Assembly: GCA_031292675.1 (NCBI GenBank)
Contig: JARLGQ010000073.1
Span: 629 to 64,628 of the forward strand
DNA: 64,000 nt
Reading direction: 5' to 3'
Origin: Acidimicrobiales bacterium
GTDB lineage: Bacteria > Actinomycetota > Acidimicrobiia > Acidimicrobiales > UBA8190
Shown here piece by piece: positions 63,810-64,000 of this stretch; within the stretch, counting starts at the first letter, position 1; every line of letters begins with the position of its first letter. The notes below the pieces were generated by a model. The model ran no database searches. It was given only the letters and a program-made list of their open reading frames with translations, and had not been told where the DNA came from. The position numbers and the translations under genes were made by a program.

Positions 63810-64000
63810 CGCGGCGCGGCTCGGCACGCAACAGCGTGTCGAGGACGTCGTCGACGGTCGGGGCGGTGGCGACCTCGGCGGCGATGACACGGGCTTGTCG
63901 CCGGTAGGAGGGGTCTCCCAGCACCGTCTCGATCCCCGCGGTGAGGCGCGGCGCGTCCCCTTGCGCGATCACGCGGCGGGGTCCGCCGGTGCGACGGGGA
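63800..64000 (-). CDS. Glycosyltransferase (MGT/UDP-glycosyltransferase-like), C-terminal end only; gene continues beyond the window
   Basis: The minus-strand frame reads ...GGPRRVIAQGDAPRLTAGIETVLGDPSYRRQARVIAAEVATAPTVDDVLDTLLRAEPRRAIP*. This resembles the C-terminal tail of macrolide-type glycosyltransferases. The stop at 63800-63802 overlaps the convergent GNAT gene by 10 nt. Confidence 0.55.

Noticed and set aside
1-64000. Scanned the intergenic gaps (notably 34286-34803, 45014-45342, 46903-47166, 52307-52502, 53313-53537 and 54983-55221) for tRNA, rRNA, tmRNA or RNase P genes and for transposase or integrase genes.
   Set aside because: No cloverleaf-like or otherwise recognisable RNA gene, and no mobile-element gene, was seen by eye. 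A tRNAscan/Infernal run would be needed to be certain.

Overview
The window is a 64-kb, very GC-rich segment. Third codon positions are almost all G/C, and every real gene is shadowed by long spurious antisense ORFs. It looks like ordinary Actinomycetota chromosome: F420/LLM oxidoreductases, an ECF sigma factor next to a DGPF/YciI protein, an Lhr helicase, a PIG-L deacetylase, a P450, many GTG/TTG starts, and many 4-nt GTGA/ATGA/TTGA stop-start overlaps. I can support about 60 protein-coding genes. By eye I found no rRNA, tRNA, CRISPR array, transposase, integrase or phage genes.

Recognisable modules:
- An SPFH/Band-7 gene coupled to an Arc-type RHH gene.
- A PAS/HD-GYP plus GGDEF pair for c-di-GMP turnover.
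- A DGPF/YciI gene plus an ECF sigma factor.
- A 2-TM RCK K+ channel.
- A NarL-type two-component pair.
- Three ABC-2 exporter pairs, one of them inside an MFS-MerR-ABC operon.
- An NfeD-like gene plus flotillin.
- A run of lhr, a phosphorylase-family gene, a NatAB-like ABC pair and a GNAT gene.
- lon, a DUF4242-cyclase fusion, a PadR gene plus a membrane partner, and assorted redox and hydrolase genes.

I did not find a convincing new multi-gene system, and there are no defence-island hallmarks. The items most worth a second look are:
1. Two single-nucleotide frame disruptions. One turns the DGPF gene and the sigma factor into one continuous 552-codon fusion frame. The other splits a HAD hydrolase.
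2. An AT-rich promoter and palindrome in front of the SPFH-RHH operon.
3. Lhr translationally coupled to a PNP/UDP-family phosphorylase-like protein.
4. A 417-aa protein that looks like an internally duplicated TetR.
5. In-phase 12-bp x6 and 18-bp x3 tandem repeats.
6. Several small ORFs below the 60-aa cutoff of the ORF track, some with strong Shine-Dalgarno sites.

All functional calls come from motif recognition by eye, with no database search. Start codons are often uncertain, because the 'M' in the ORF track is frequently GTG or TTG.
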